Below are positions 40,238 through 49,348 of a stretch of 64,000 bases of DNA, in pieces. The stretch is from positions 6,118 through 70,117 of IMG/VR virus record IMGVR_UViG_3300025151_000029. One strand, written 5' to 3'. Both the position numbers and the translations under genes were made by a program. The notes below the pieces were generated by a model that ran no database searches, was not told the DNA's origin, and saw only the letters and a list, made by a program, of their open reading frames with translations. Origin of the DNA: a virus. Numbering within the stretch: the stretch's first letter is position 1; each line of letters starts with the position of its first letter.

Positions 40238-40568
40238 CACAGCGTAACACGATGTAACACGAGCAGTGTTACGGCAAAGACTAGGTTGTTCCTAGCATTC
40301 TCAACAGTGTAACACTGTAACACTACTTTTATAGTATGTACTTACGTCACGAGAGAGACAGTGGGTTTTGAGCAAACGAACTAACGCTAACCCACTGCTC
40401 ATCTACGTAACTGTGTCCTATTCACGGATTCAGTGTTACAGTGTTACACCACGCGATTACCCAGGTTCTTCCTGCTGTTTCGCGTAACACACCGCCTGTT
40501 ACGTTGTGTAACGCCACTCGAGCCATCAGCCGAAAAGGCAGGTTCAACCGAGCGCAACGACGTAACAC
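40234..40568. repeat. Iteron-like GTAACAC/GTGTTAC repeat cluster, candidate replication origin
   Basis: GTAACAC at 40234, 40244, 40254, 40309, 40317, 40484, 40562; GTGTTAC at 40266, 40433, 40441; plus partial copies. Confidence 0.75.
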
Positions 40569-40618
40569 TATGCTTTTGCCGAAGACGGCAGAAACCTCAA
40601 ACCGACCAGGAGGTCAAC

Positions 40619-40780
40619 ATGCCAGAAGAGATCTGGATCGTACTCAACACCACAGGTGAAATCATCTTCGAGCCACTCACAATCGAGGTGGCTTTGGAAT
40701 GGATCGACTGGTTGAATCTGAAAATCGTATCCATCGCAGACGACGGCACTGACCTGCAATACATGGTCATCCCTGCATGA
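40619..40780 (+). CDS. Small acidic protein (53 aa)
   Basis: AGGAGG RBS before MPEEIW. Confidence 0.55.
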   Translation: MPEEIWIVLNTTGEIIFEPLTIEVALEWIDWLNLKIVSIADDGTDLQYMVIPA

Positions 40781-40896
40781 TGGCACTGCAGGGAAAACAT
40801 CTCATCCAGTGGGTGAAAGATGTTTTCCCTTCCGTGCAATCAAGCACCCGCCGACGGTCGGACACCGTCATCTCCCTAAAAACGACAGGAGTCATC

Positions 40897-41577
40897 ATGA
40901 CTACTTCACGTACGCGCACGTCCGCTAAGCTTCAACACATTCCCGTCGCTGACACGATGGACTTCATCTCAGGTGACGCCGTCATCTGGGGCAAGGTTCC
41001 CAAATGGAAGCGCGACGAGGATGGCCAGTGGGTCCAGAACGGTACCCGCCATCAGTGGATCGCACGCTTCCTGCGGGGTCCGGACGGCGAGCACATCCAC
41101 TTCTACTGCGCCAAGATCGAGGAGGCACGTAAGATCTACGTCGAGGGCTTCCTCACCCACCGCAAGGACATGCTCGCCCGGATCAACGCCTGCGTATCCA
41201 TGTCCTTCGGGTTGCAGAGCGAGTGGATGAAGCCGGTCGTTGTCTTCCTCGATCCGCCTAATGCCAAGAAGACAACCAAGCCTTGGGTCTTCGTCAAGCC
41301 TTACGACTACGAGGACAAGCACGGCAATCTCAACAGGTTCCGTGGTCCGTACGGCCTCCAGGTCGAGGCGTTCGAGAGCAACCCCGGTCCCCGGATCTAC
41401 CTCCAGGGTCGGTACGTTGATCCTACCGAGGTCTCCGATCTTCAGATTGACACGACCTTGAACGACGCCCAACTCTCCTACGTCGAGAAGGTTGCAGGCA
41501 GGGCTGACAAGGTTGCTTGGGCCAACGCTGTCCGAGCAGGAGAACTTCCAGGATTCTACGATCCGTACACTGGCTAG
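40897..41577 (+). CDS. Hypothetical protein (226 aa)
   Basis: AGGAG RBS; strongly biased codon usage. Confidence 0.7.
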   Translation: MTTSRTRTSAKLQHIPVADTMDFISGDAVIWGKVPKWKRDEDGQWVQNGTRHQWIARFLRGPDGEHIHFYCAKIEEARKIYVEGFLTHRKDMLARINACVSMSFGLQSEWMKPVVVFLDPPNAKKTTKPWVFVKPYDYEDKHGNLNRFRGPYGLQVEAFESNPGPRIYLQGRYVDPTEVSDLQIDTTLNDAQLSYVEKVAGRADKVAWANAVRAGELPGFYDPYTG

Positions 41578-41664
41578 AGCCCATTGCATTCCTACCAGGC
41601 CTTCGGGTCTGGTGGGTCTACTGTGCGCTTTATCCTTTCCCTAAAACAACAACAGGAGGGCATC

Positions 41665-42054
41665 ATGTCCCGACGTCAATACCGTGTGATCGTTGCTGGT
41701 TCGCGCACTGCATCCAGCGTTTACATCTACTCCTTACTCGAGCGCAAGCTTGACCGGATTCTGAAAAACAAAGCTGTGACCCACGAGATCATAATCGTTT
41801 CAGGCACAGCCAACGGCGCAGACAAACTCGGTGAAGAATACGCCCGTTCCCGATTCTTCAAGGTCGAACGTTACCCGGCAGACTGGGACCAATACGGCAA
41901 GCGTGCAGGCTACATCCGAAATGCGGAGATGGCAACAGACGCCGACGCCCTCGTCGCACTCTGGGACGGAGAGTCTCGAGGCACAAAACACATGATCGCT
42001 ATCGCAAATCAAATGGGTCTTCCTACCCGAATCATCAACTTCAAGGAGCAATGA
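41665..42054 (+). CDS. SLOG-superfamily (YspA/DUF2493-like) protein
   Basis: VIVAGSR, IVSGTANGAD, PADW..GKRAGYIRN, WDGESRGTKHMI. Confidence 0.85.
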   Translation: MSRRQYRVIVAGSRTASSVYIYSLLERKLDRILKNKAVTHEIIIVSGTANGADKLGEEYARSRFFKVERYPADWDQYGKRAGYIRNAEMATDADALVALWDGESRGTKHMIAIANQMGLPTRIINFKEQ

Positions 42055-42398
42055 ATCCAATGTTCACACATAAATGGCAACGACGCGAGGTTTACAACTG
42101 TGCAAGTGGGCTGTCATTCAGCATGCAAGTTTCTGAACGTCACTACTGCACTCCGCAAAACAACACCGGTCCTTGGACGCACGTTGAAATCGGATTCCCA
42201 AACAAACGTGTAGAAGAGTTCATGCCTTACGCCGAGAACCCGAACAACCCAACAGGCACTACCTATGGATGGGTACCACTGGAAGAGGTGCAAAAGGTCA
42301 TCCGCAAAAACCGCGGTCTCATCAGCGAAAGCGCTGTGCGGTTCACAGTCCTTCCTTCCCTACAACGGATTCACGAATCAAACAGGAGGTCGTCATGA
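42051..42398 (+). CDS. Conserved phage hypothetical protein
   Basis: FSMQVSERHYCTP..VEIGFP..YGWVP. Confidence 0.65.
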   Translation: MNPMFTHKWQRREVYNCASGLSFSMQVSERHYCTPQNNTGPWTHVEIGFPNKRVEEFMPYAENPNNPTGTTYGWVPLEEVQKVIRKNRGLISESAVRFTVLPSLQRIHESNRRSS

Positions 42399-42577
42399 CC
42401 ATCAACTTCTGGGGCTTCTCATTCTCAAATGGTGAGGACCAAAACATCAACGAAACTCGTCACTCCGGTGATGCTCCACGCACACTCTGGGACAAGGAGG
42501 CCGAGGCAGCCGCTCAAGCAGCACCGGTCACCATCATCTTCCCAACCAATGAACAACAACAGGAGGCGGCGAAGTAA
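42395..42577 (+). CDS. Small hypothetical protein
   Basis: AGGAGG RBS; ATGA overlap. Confidence 0.5.
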   Translation: MTINFWGFSFSNGEDQNINETRHSGDAPRTLWDKEAEAAAQAAPVTIIFPTNEQQQEAAK

Positions 42578-42665
42578 TGTTCATCTTCCAAGTCGCCCTT
42601 CTTCTCATCTGCACTTCACTATTCACGGTCGCGTACTGCGAGGCCATCGACCCTCGGAGGTCCTA

Positions 42666-42905
42666 ATGCCACAACTATTCTCTGTTTACTGGTACGACGA
42701 TGAGGGCAACCAACATCGTGAACGTTACCTTGAATCTCTCGAACGATGCCGCGAAGCATTCGACAGACTGACGATGGGCCCAGCAGTTGCGCTCGGCGTC
42801 ATCAAACAAATCAAAATCACAGACAGCATGGACTGTCTGGTCCTAGACCTCAGCCGCCAAGGTGGTCGCTGGGTCGACACAACCAACCTCCCACCTACTT
42901 GCTAA
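42666..42905 (+). CDS. Hypothetical protein (MPQLFSVYW start)
   Basis: GGAGG RBS. Confidence 0.55.
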   Translation: MPQLFSVYWYDDEGNQHRERYLESLERCREAFDRLTMGPAVALGVIKQIKITDSMDCLVLDLSRQGGRWVDTTNLPPTC

Positions 42906-42915
42906 GGAGTTCATC

Positions 42916-43335
42916 ATGGCAAACCACGTAATGATTTTTGGAAACCTTGGGGCTGCACCTGACACACGTCAGACTGCTTCCGGCCTCGCAGTCACTAACC
43001 TCAGCGTTGCAACCAACGAGCGCGTCAAGCAACAGGGCGAGTGGACCGACCACACCGAGTGGCATCGCGTCACCGTCTTCGGCAAGCAGGCCGAGGTCTG
43101 CAATCAGTTCCTTGCCAAAGGCTCGAAGGTGCTGGTGACAGGAAAACTGCGGACACGCAAGTTCACCGACAAGCAAGGCCAGGAGCGCTGGTCAACCGAA
43201 ATCCTCGCCGACAGCGTCGAGTTCGGCAGTCGTGCGAACGGCAACATGGGCAGCGCCCCTCCACCATCTAACTCTCCTGCGCCAGCAGCACCCGCTCCAT
43301 CAAGCGCCTGGCCCGAGGATGAGATCCCATTCTAA
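42916..43335 (+). CDS. ssb: Single-stranded DNA-binding protein
   Basis: NHVMIFGNLG..TEWHRV..KGSKVLVTGKLRTR..EDEIPF. Confidence 0.95.
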   Translation: MANHVMIFGNLGAAPDTRQTASGLAVTNLSVATNERVKQQGEWTDHTEWHRVTVFGKQAEVCNQFLAKGSKVLVTGKLRTRKFTDKQGQERWSTEILADSVEFGSRANGNMGSAPPPSNSPAPAAPAPSSAWPEDEIPF

Positions 43336-43397
43336 GGGAGAAGCAGTTTGCGGTCTGCTTACCAAAACCGCATCTCCTTCCAACAACAGGAGGCCTC

Positions 43398-43628
43398 ATG
43401 CGCCTACCAACTGACGACGAGGTTGAAGCTTGCAGCTACTACGCCCGCCTCAACAGCCTTATCTTCCACCTCGACCTCGCACCTGAGCACGTAATCGAAA
43501 TGCTTCTGGCATTGATCGCCCGTGATTCCGACATCGAAGATGAACGCTACGCAAACATCTACCGCCACATCATTACCACCCTTCGCACAGACACAACAAA
43601 GGAGCACAACGATGGACGTCAATCTTAG
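43398..43628 (+). CDS. Hypothetical protein
   Basis: AGGAGG RBS. Confidence 0.55.
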   Translation: MRLPTDDEVEACSYYARLNSLIFHLDLAPEHVIEMLLALIARDSDIEDERYANIYRHIITTLRTDTTKEHNDGRQS

Positions 43629-44028
43629 AGTGTGGCCACACAAACAAACCGAGCTAGTCTGCATGTACCGAGAGGACTCCATGCGATTCCTCGAGACCGC
43701 CAAAATCCACGAGCGCAACGCAACGCTACGTGGTCAAATCAACCGCGCCATCAGCCTGGACAACCACCAGGTACATCACCGAGCTGCACGAGAGATTGCA
43801 GTAACTGACCAGCTCGACCCGCTAATCACCAAGCTCGAGCAAATGCTAAAGCGGATGCGCGACATGAGGTACTGGGACTACTGCGGATTCGAGGGATACA
43901 CCGACTACAAACTCGAGGTAGCTGCAACGGCACTTGCGCTCGGCTCCTGTATACCCTGCGCCGATCACGACCCTGGTTCTGACCATGCAATGATCCAGGC
44001 CCTACAACAGGCCGATCCAGAAGAGTAA
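43612..44028 (+). CDS. Hypothetical protein
   Basis: AAGGAG RBS before MDVNLR. Confidence 0.55.
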   Translation: MDVNLRVWPHKQTELVCMYREDSMRFLETAKIHERNATLRGQINRAISLDNHQVHHRAAREIAVTDQLDPLITKLEQMLKRMRDMRYWDYCGFEGYTDYKLEVAATALALGSCIPCADHDPGSDHAMIQALQQADPEE

Positions 44029-44093
44029 GTCATTTTTTGGTTTGTGTTTTCTATTTACTTTTGATATACCGTATTGGTAACAGGAGCTACATC

Positions 44094-44348
44094 ATGTCCG
44101 ACTCAATCACAATCAATGGGAACGACGTCGTCTTCGCACCCGGAGTCATGCGCTGGTGCATGACTTGCGACGCCAAAACCTTCGACAAACAGGCTCGGGA
44201 CTGGTCTGCACGGATGTTTGCCTTGTCGGGTTTCCTGCCCGATCTCACAGCCGGCCAGCTGCGGGCAATAGCAACAGGCCACATGTCTTGGACCGTAGAC
44301 GAAGAGGCAAACACAATCACTCTAACACCGCAGGAGCAATCACCATGA
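44094..44348 (+). CDS. Hypothetical protein
   Basis: AGGAG RBS before MSDSIT; AT-rich promoter-like region upstream. Confidence 0.55.
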   Translation: MSDSITINGNDVVFAPGVMRWCMTCDAKTFDKQARDWSARMFALSGFLPDLTAGQLRAIATGHMSWTVDEEANTITLTPQEQSP

Positions 44349-44560
44349 CTGAGGAACAAGACCAAGAGCTGTACGCAATGGCCCGCGCCATCTGCAAAAC
44401 AGGCAAACAGATCAACAGTTCATTCGGTAAACGTCTGTCCTACATGATCAACCACATGCAATCACCGGAGGCATACGCCCGCTACATCAACGACCACGCC
44501 AACCATACAGCAACGATGACCAAACTCATCTACATGCTCAAAACCTGGGAAGAACTATGA
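44345..44560 (+). CDS. Hypothetical protein
   Basis: AGGAG RBS; ATGA overlaps. Confidence 0.55.
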   Translation: MTEEQDQELYAMARAICKTGKQINSSFGKRLSYMINHMQSPEAYARYINDHANHTATMTKLIYMLKTWEEL

Positions 44561-45006
44561 ACATCACAGACCTCGAACTCGAAGCACTACGCAAGTTCAA
44601 CAACGGCAAAAACGCTGCGGCACTCGCCAACAAGCTTGACCCTGGCACGTACCCAGTGCGGCTCACCGTCACGCTCGAAGGCGAACTTCGCAAAGGCAAC
44701 CCAGGCGAAACCGAGAGCCGGAACACTTCCGGTGCTGCAGCAATCGTACGATACCTTCTAGACCGTATCAATCAACCTACATACGACCGATTGATCGCTG
44801 ACCTTGCCGACATCCGTGCGGGCGAGTTTCAGAAGAAAAACGACAAGCCCCGTTTCGCCGATCGCCTCGACGCCGTCATGCCATACCGCAAGTACCCGCG
44901 CGCTGGCACCACCAAGTTCGATGGCACATGCATCATCGAAGACGTAATCAACTCGCCCGAACTGACCGACCAGGTCAAGGGCCTTCACCTAGTGAGAGCA
45001 TCATGA
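44557..45006 (+). CDS. Hypothetical protein (149 aa)
   Basis: Coupled ORF. Confidence 0.6.
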   Translation: MNITDLELEALRKFNNGKNAAALANKLDPGTYPVRLTVTLEGELRKGNPGETESRNTSGAAAIVRYLLDRINQPTYDRLIADLADIRAGEFQKKNDKPRFADRLDAVMPYRKYPRAGTTKFDGTCIIEDVINSPELTDQVKGLHLVRAS

Positions 45007-45263
45007 CTGACCTTCCAATGAGTTTCCAATGGCAAATGCCTGTCTGGATCGAGACTGCTCACGTCGACATCGAGGTCAACTATTCCTCGGTAGAAATCGA
45101 AGTTACTGACTTCGAGGCAGATACATCGGTGACATTCAACCAGGCATTACTCGACGAGTGCCTCGACATGGATGACCTGTACACCCTGCGTCGCATCTGC
45201 GTAACGGTGATCGAAGAGCGCGAACACCGCGCACGTGAGGCCGAGTATGCCAACAACCAGTGA
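45003..45263 (+). CDS. Acidic hypothetical protein
   Basis: ATGA overlap. Confidence 0.5.
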   Translation: MTDLPMSFQWQMPVWIETAHVDIEVNYSSVEIEVTDFEADTSVTFNQALLDECLDMDDLYTLRRICVTVIEEREHRAREAEYANNQ

Positions 45264-45471
45264 ACTACGAACCGCAAGCACGCACCTCAAAACTGCTATG
45301 GCCCGCCTCATACGCGCAGGCATGTGGCATTCAGACGCACACGAGATTCTCGCGATTGTGTTTCCAAACTACGTGATCCCACCCGACTGGGCCGACGAGT
45401 GGTACGACGACGTACGCGGGATGAATGCCCTAGAGCTAATCCCTATCCCCAACTACAAACCCATTTGGTAG
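45247..45471 (+). CDS. Hypothetical protein
   Basis: GAGG upstream of ATG. Confidence 0.45.
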   Translation: MPTTSELRTASTHLKTAMARLIRAGMWHSDAHEILAIVFPNYVIPPDWADEWYDDVRGMNALELIPIPNYKPIW

Positions 45472-45482
45472 CGAGGTACAAA

Positions 45483-45848
45483 ATGCCCTGGAAACATGAG
45501 TGGGTCGACCCCGAGGTTGCGTTCCAAGTCGTCGTAACCAAACCAAGCACGCAAACATCCGCAGCTTCGGTCTGGCCCTACGACGTCTACCACGTCTACA
45601 AGGACGACAACTACAACGAGCGGCTCAGCTATTGGTACACGCTACACAGCGGATACGACCCCGACGGGACATACACTGCCCAGGACACAACGCACTACCA
45701 CTTCGACATCCGTGAAGTACCTACGTACAACGAAGACATGCGGCACGTCGACATCCTTGACCTAGCTATCCGATCTGGCCTGTGCACCATCGAGGATTGC
45801 TTCATCCACTTCGAACGGGCTCACCCAACACCGGAGACACCACAATGA
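45483..45848 (+). CDS. Hypothetical protein (MPWKHEW start)
   Basis: GAGGT RBS. Confidence 0.55.
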   Translation: MPWKHEWVDPEVAFQVVVTKPSTQTSAASVWPYDVYHVYKDDNYNERLSYWYTLHSGYDPDGTYTAQDTTHYHFDIREVPTYNEDMRHVDILDLAIRSGLCTIEDCFIHFERAHPTPETPQ

Positions 45849-46153
45849 TCACCCCACAAATCGTAGACAACCTAATCGCTTACAAGCGCGCCGTAGTCGA
45901 CACCACAACAGCGGAGATCCACAACGACTGGGACGAGGTCAACAGCTGTCGAGAAGAAGAGGATATTCGTTTGAGTGGTTTGTTTGCAGTCATTCAGATC
46001 GCAATCAACGATGCCGCTTCACAGGGCGCACACTCCCCATTCGCCATCAACGGCGATGTCAACCAACCAGTGAAATTCATCTGCAACAACGGCATGATGA
46101 CCGAGCCGTCCAACGAACACGGCACCTTCCCTCCCACTCCAACAAAGGACTGA
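45845..46153 (+). CDS. Hypothetical protein
   Basis: GGAG RBS; ATGA overlap. Confidence 0.5.
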   Translation: MITPQIVDNLIAYKRAVVDTTTAEIHNDWDEVNSCREEEDIRLSGLFAVIQIAINDAASQGAHSPFAINGDVNQPVKFICNNGMMTEPSNEHGTFPPTPTKD

Positions 46154-46155
46154 CC

Positions 46156-46350
46156 ATGCTTCCTCAACTACACGTTGACCGCATCTTCAACATGCAAATC
46201 AGCCAAGCCGATGCTGAACTACTCGACACAGCAATCATGCTGGCTGGTCGGTACTCCCATCTATTCGACATAGTCACTCCCGCTCAATGGGACCGACTCA
46301 CAGCAATGCAAAAACAACTCGCCCAACTCGCCGGATGGCAGGAGCAATAA
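46156..46350 (+). CDS. Hypothetical protein (64 aa)
   Basis: AAGGA RBS. Confidence 0.5.
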   Translation: MLPQLHVDRIFNMQISQADAELLDTAIMLAGRYSHLFDIVTPAQWDRLTAMQKQLAQLAGWQEQ

Positions 46351-47279
46351 TGCAACCTCACAACCCCACACCAATCGCCGCACCTCGACTCAACACCGAA
46401 CTCAACCGTGCTCGCGTGGCACCCATGCCACAACTCAAGTCGCAGCAGATCTGCACTATCGGCGCACCCGATGCTTACCGCACCGATTACCGGACGGTCT
46501 GCGAGATCCCCGTACCTGAAACAACGTACCACCCCAAGTCGGGCAATGCGCAATATCAACCGGTGCCGTATGCTTCGTTCATCAACGGTGCTCGTGACGC
46601 AATGGCAAACATGCTCAACGCTGATCCAGTATTCGAGACATACGCCCTGAACAAAGCCGGCTCTCAACTCTTCGGTATGATCGGCTTCGGTTCCGGACTC
46701 ACAGGCCAGGCGATCACCGTTGCACTTCGTTCCAGCTACGACAAGACAATCGCCAACCAGGTGGCCATCGGTAGTGCACCATTCATCTGCGCCAACGGTT
46801 GCTTCTCTGGCGAGCACATGATCAGTGCCAAGCACACAACGAACGTGTTCCCAACACTTGGTCGCATGCTCGGTGAAATCTGCGACACGGCAGTCACCCC
46901 TGTCCTAGAGCGCATCCGCATGGTCGATGGCTGGAAAGAGATCCCTGTCCAGAATGACCTGTTCGGTGCATACATGGGAGTCCTATTCAGTCGTGGCCTG
47001 GTCAAGCCACAAGAGTTCACTGCAGCTTTCCGTTACTGGAACGCTTGCCACGACGGTGACTTGCACGCCGAGCACGGTACCAATGACCTATTCAGTGCGT
47101 ACCAAGCAGTCACCGCAGCAGGTCAACGAACTGCACCCCGTAATGCATTCCGTCACTTCGCCGGTATCGACCATGCGACCAAGGCCATCGCCGAGGCCGG
47201 TGGCTCCGTGACTGATGCTTACATCCCAGCATTCGACCTACAGATTCGTGAGTACGTCGACGTTGGCGAAGCCAAGTAA
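46350..47279 (+). CDS. DUF932-like protein
   Basis: YQPVPY..QLFG..LRSSYDKT..FICANG..KHT..LFSAYQAVT. Confidence 0.7.
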   Translation: MQPHNPTPIAAPRLNTELNRARVAPMPQLKSQQICTIGAPDAYRTDYRTVCEIPVPETTYHPKSGNAQYQPVPYASFINGARDAMANMLNADPVFETYALNKAGSQLFGMIGFGSGLTGQAITVALRSSYDKTIANQVAIGSAPFICANGCFSGEHMISAKHTTNVFPTLGRMLGEICDTAVTPVLERIRMVDGWKEIPVQNDLFGAYMGVLFSRGLVKPQEFTAAFRYWNACHDGDLHAEHGTNDLFSAYQAVTAAGQRTAPRNAFRHFAGIDHATKAIAEAGGSVTDAYIPAFDLQIREYVDVGEAK

Positions 47280-47381
47280 CACTTCTGGTTCGCACGGTTC
47301 CAGTCCCAATACCGTGCACCAAACAAGCCATTACGTGCCTATCCATTTCAGGCCTCACCTTCTCAAACCAAACGGTGCCTC

Positions 47382-47636
47382 ATGGAAGACAAATACATAT
47401 ACATTGCAAGCCTAATCCGGAAAGTCGATATCGAAGTCGAGTGCGAGTACAACAAGACGCACGACACCGTAGAAATCATTCGCGCGTACGACCCGATAAC
47501 TGACGCAACCGTAGAACTAGAGGACAACGAAATCAACTATTGTCGCGGTGAAGCATGTGACGAATGGCTTGACTCTCTACGCGCGGACGTAGCCGACCAC
47601 CAAATCAAAACACGAAAGGAAGATCGAGGTGATTGA
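47382..47636 (+). CDS. Acidic hypothetical protein
   Basis: ORF coupled to next gene. Confidence 0.5.
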   Translation: MEDKYIYIASLIRKVDIEVECEYNKTHDTVEIIRAYDPITDATVELEDNEINYCRGEACDEWLDSLRADVADHQIKTRKEDRGD

Positions 47637-47812
47637 TGAAAAACGATGCAGCAAACCGAATCAAGTTGGCTGAGGCCATTTGGGAAACACTCAGTCTCGA
47701 CGACTTGCATGAGCGGTTCATTTTTCAATCTGTTCGACGATACGAAGCGCACCCCGATGCCTTTGAAGAAGATGCAGAATGGATGGACCTTGACGACGGA
47801 GGGAGTGATTGA
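47636..47812 (+). CDS. Acidic hypothetical protein (58 aa), not in ORF track
   Basis: TGATG overlaps at both ends; MKNDAANRIKL..DDGGSD*. Confidence 0.55.
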   Translation: MKNDAANRIKLAEAIWETLSLDDLHERFIFQSVRRYEAHPDAFEEDAEWMDLDDGGSD

Positions 47813-48267
47813 TGCGTGTTGAAGTCTACTGGAACCTACACAAAAAGTGCTACAGCGTACGCCACAAGGGCAGGGTGATCGACCACGTTCCATACGTGGT
47901 GCTGCGCGACGTGCAATGGGTTGTGCAACCTGCTGGCCGACAACGTGTGCTGCGTGAGCGCAAAAAGAACGTACACGCTTTTGCGCGCGGCACCTGGCTA
48001 CGCGGCAATGATGAGCTTGACCTGAGCAACCGCAAGCTTGGCCTGACAAAACGACAGCCCGTGAAGTACAACCCATACCACCACAGGTCGTTCGTACTGC
48101 GCCAGGCTGAAGACATCAACATCAACCACAGCGACTACGCGACACTGGGCTCTACTTACTACGTGACCGACGACACCTACAGACCAAACGCTTTCATCTA
48201 CAACTTCCACAAACCTCAGGCCCGCGACACCGACTGGCATCGATACGACCAAGGGCCAAGGAGCTGA
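47812..48267 (+). CDS. Conserved phage hypothetical protein
   Basis: VEVYWNLHKKCYS..GRQRVLRERKKNVHAF..YNPY. Confidence 0.7.
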   Translation: MRVEVYWNLHKKCYSVRHKGRVIDHVPYVVLRDVQWVVQPAGRQRVLRERKKNVHAFARGTWLRGNDELDLSNRKLGLTKRQPVKYNPYHHRSFVLRQAEDININHSDYATLGSTYYVTDDTYRPNAFIYNFHKPQARDTDWHRYDQGPRS

Positions 48268-48268
48268 C

Positions 48269-48964
48269 ATGTCAATGCTATGGCGCCCAACATCGGGCAA
48301 CCGCAAGACCGGCAATATACCGCAGGGGTATGTCGGCGAAACCAAAGCCGAAACCGAGGCTTCTTGCGCAGGATGCAAGTGGCGGCGTAAAGACCCAGAG
48401 ACTGGCACAGGAGGTGGTTGCTACTACTGGCAGGGACAAACCCAGGGCGCGCACGAGTCTATGCGCCGTCGCTCCGAACAACACCCCGAAGAATACACAC
48501 TCGAATACGCATTAGACAACGCGCGCCGTGCCGCCAGATACATTCGCGCAGCGGTGGGAGGTGACCCAAACATCTTCAAGCGAGCTGAGGTTTTGTCATG
48601 GCACAAGCAAGCTCGCAAAGCAGGCATGAAGGGCATGCTCATCTACAACCACTTCTTCGAAACCAAAGGCAAACACCTGCTCGGTTTGACAATGGCGTCT
48701 TGCGACACTCTCGCTCAGGCCGACGCTGCGGTCAACTCAGGTTGGCGTGCTGCCGTAACTATCACTTCTCACAAAGCCCCAGGATCAAACAAACCACAAC
48801 TTCGCAACACACCAGAGTGGAGCGGCGAACAGTACACAACCCCGGAAGGCCGTGAAGTAGTACTATGCCCAGCACAGGTAGGACGACGCGACTGCAATAC
48901 ATGTGGACTCTGCGATCCGCTATCACACGCCCGAGTACCAATCATCGGGTTCCTTCAACATTGA
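48269..48964 (+). CDS. Cys-rich conserved phage protein (possible metal/Fe-S enzyme)
   Basis: SGNRKTG..SCAGC..GCY..R..VGGD..ASCD..CPAQ..CNTCGLC. Confidence 0.65.
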   Translation: MSMLWRPTSGNRKTGNIPQGYVGETKAETEASCAGCKWRRKDPETGTGGGCYYWQGQTQGAHESMRRRSEQHPEEYTLEYALDNARRAARYIRAAVGGDPNIFKRAEVLSWHKQARKAGMKGMLIYNHFFETKGKHLLGLTMASCDTLAQADAAVNSGWRAAVTITSHKAPGSNKPQLRNTPEWSGEQYTTPEGREVVLCPAQVGRRDCNTCGLCDPLSHARVPIIGFLQH

Positions 48965-48970
48965 GAGCGC

Positions 48971-49120
48971 ATGCCAACAGAGCCAACCCTAACCATCGTA
49001 CCCAAAGAACTAGACGACATACTTCGCATGATTCACATTCTTCTCGAACCTGACGAAGCTGGTCCTGGTTTCTACCTACAACCTGACACCGACGAGGACG
49101 CCAATGTACACAATGACTGA
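48971..49120 (+). CDS. Small acidic protein (49 aa)
   Basis: Manual translation MPTEPTLTIVPKELDD.. Confidence 0.4.
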   Translation: MPTEPTLTIVPKELDDILRMIHILLEPDEAGPGFYLQPDTDEDANVHND

Positions 49121-49187
49121 CTTCGTATTCGCGTTCCTATGGCTGCTAGCCTTCTGGCACGGCTGCGCATACCTCGTCGACTAACCT

Positions 49188-49208
49188 GGGGCTTCGGCCC
49201 CTTTTTTT
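49188..49208 (+). terminator. Intrinsic terminator ending the early region
   Basis: GGGGC-TTCG-GCCCC followed by T7. Confidence 0.85.
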
Positions 49209-49286
49209 ATCAACCTTCGAGCAGACCGCTTCTTTTTGTCGGCATCGCACTGGTATGCCGCTCTGTCTCCAAAGCGGGGGGTCACC

Positions 49287-49348
49287 CCGCATGGGCACCG
49301 GGATTTTTCGATCCGGAGGATTCACCGCATGGGCACAGGGATTTTTCG
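49287..49348. repeat. 24-bp direct repeat pair
   Basis: CCGCATGGGCAC(C/A)GGGATTTTTCG at 49287-49310 and 49325-49348. Confidence 0.8.

Noticed and set aside
40433-40618. N-terminal extensions/ORFs across the iteron array
   Set aside because: Translation of repeats; the real start is 40619 with an AGGAGG RBS
39611-41625. N4-like hairpin promoters (CGAAG on template strand)
   Set aside because: No virion RNA polymerase motifs recognised in the window; cUUCGg RNA tetraloops explain the sequence more simply
43333-43494. Stop-codon readthrough of ssb stimulated by the pseudoknot
   Set aside because: The readthrough frame does not join the next gene and would mask the functional IPF tail
49287-49348. 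Possible mini-CRISPR
   Set aside because: Only two units, 14-bp gap, no cas operon; the Cas4-like nuclease is a typical phage recombination gene
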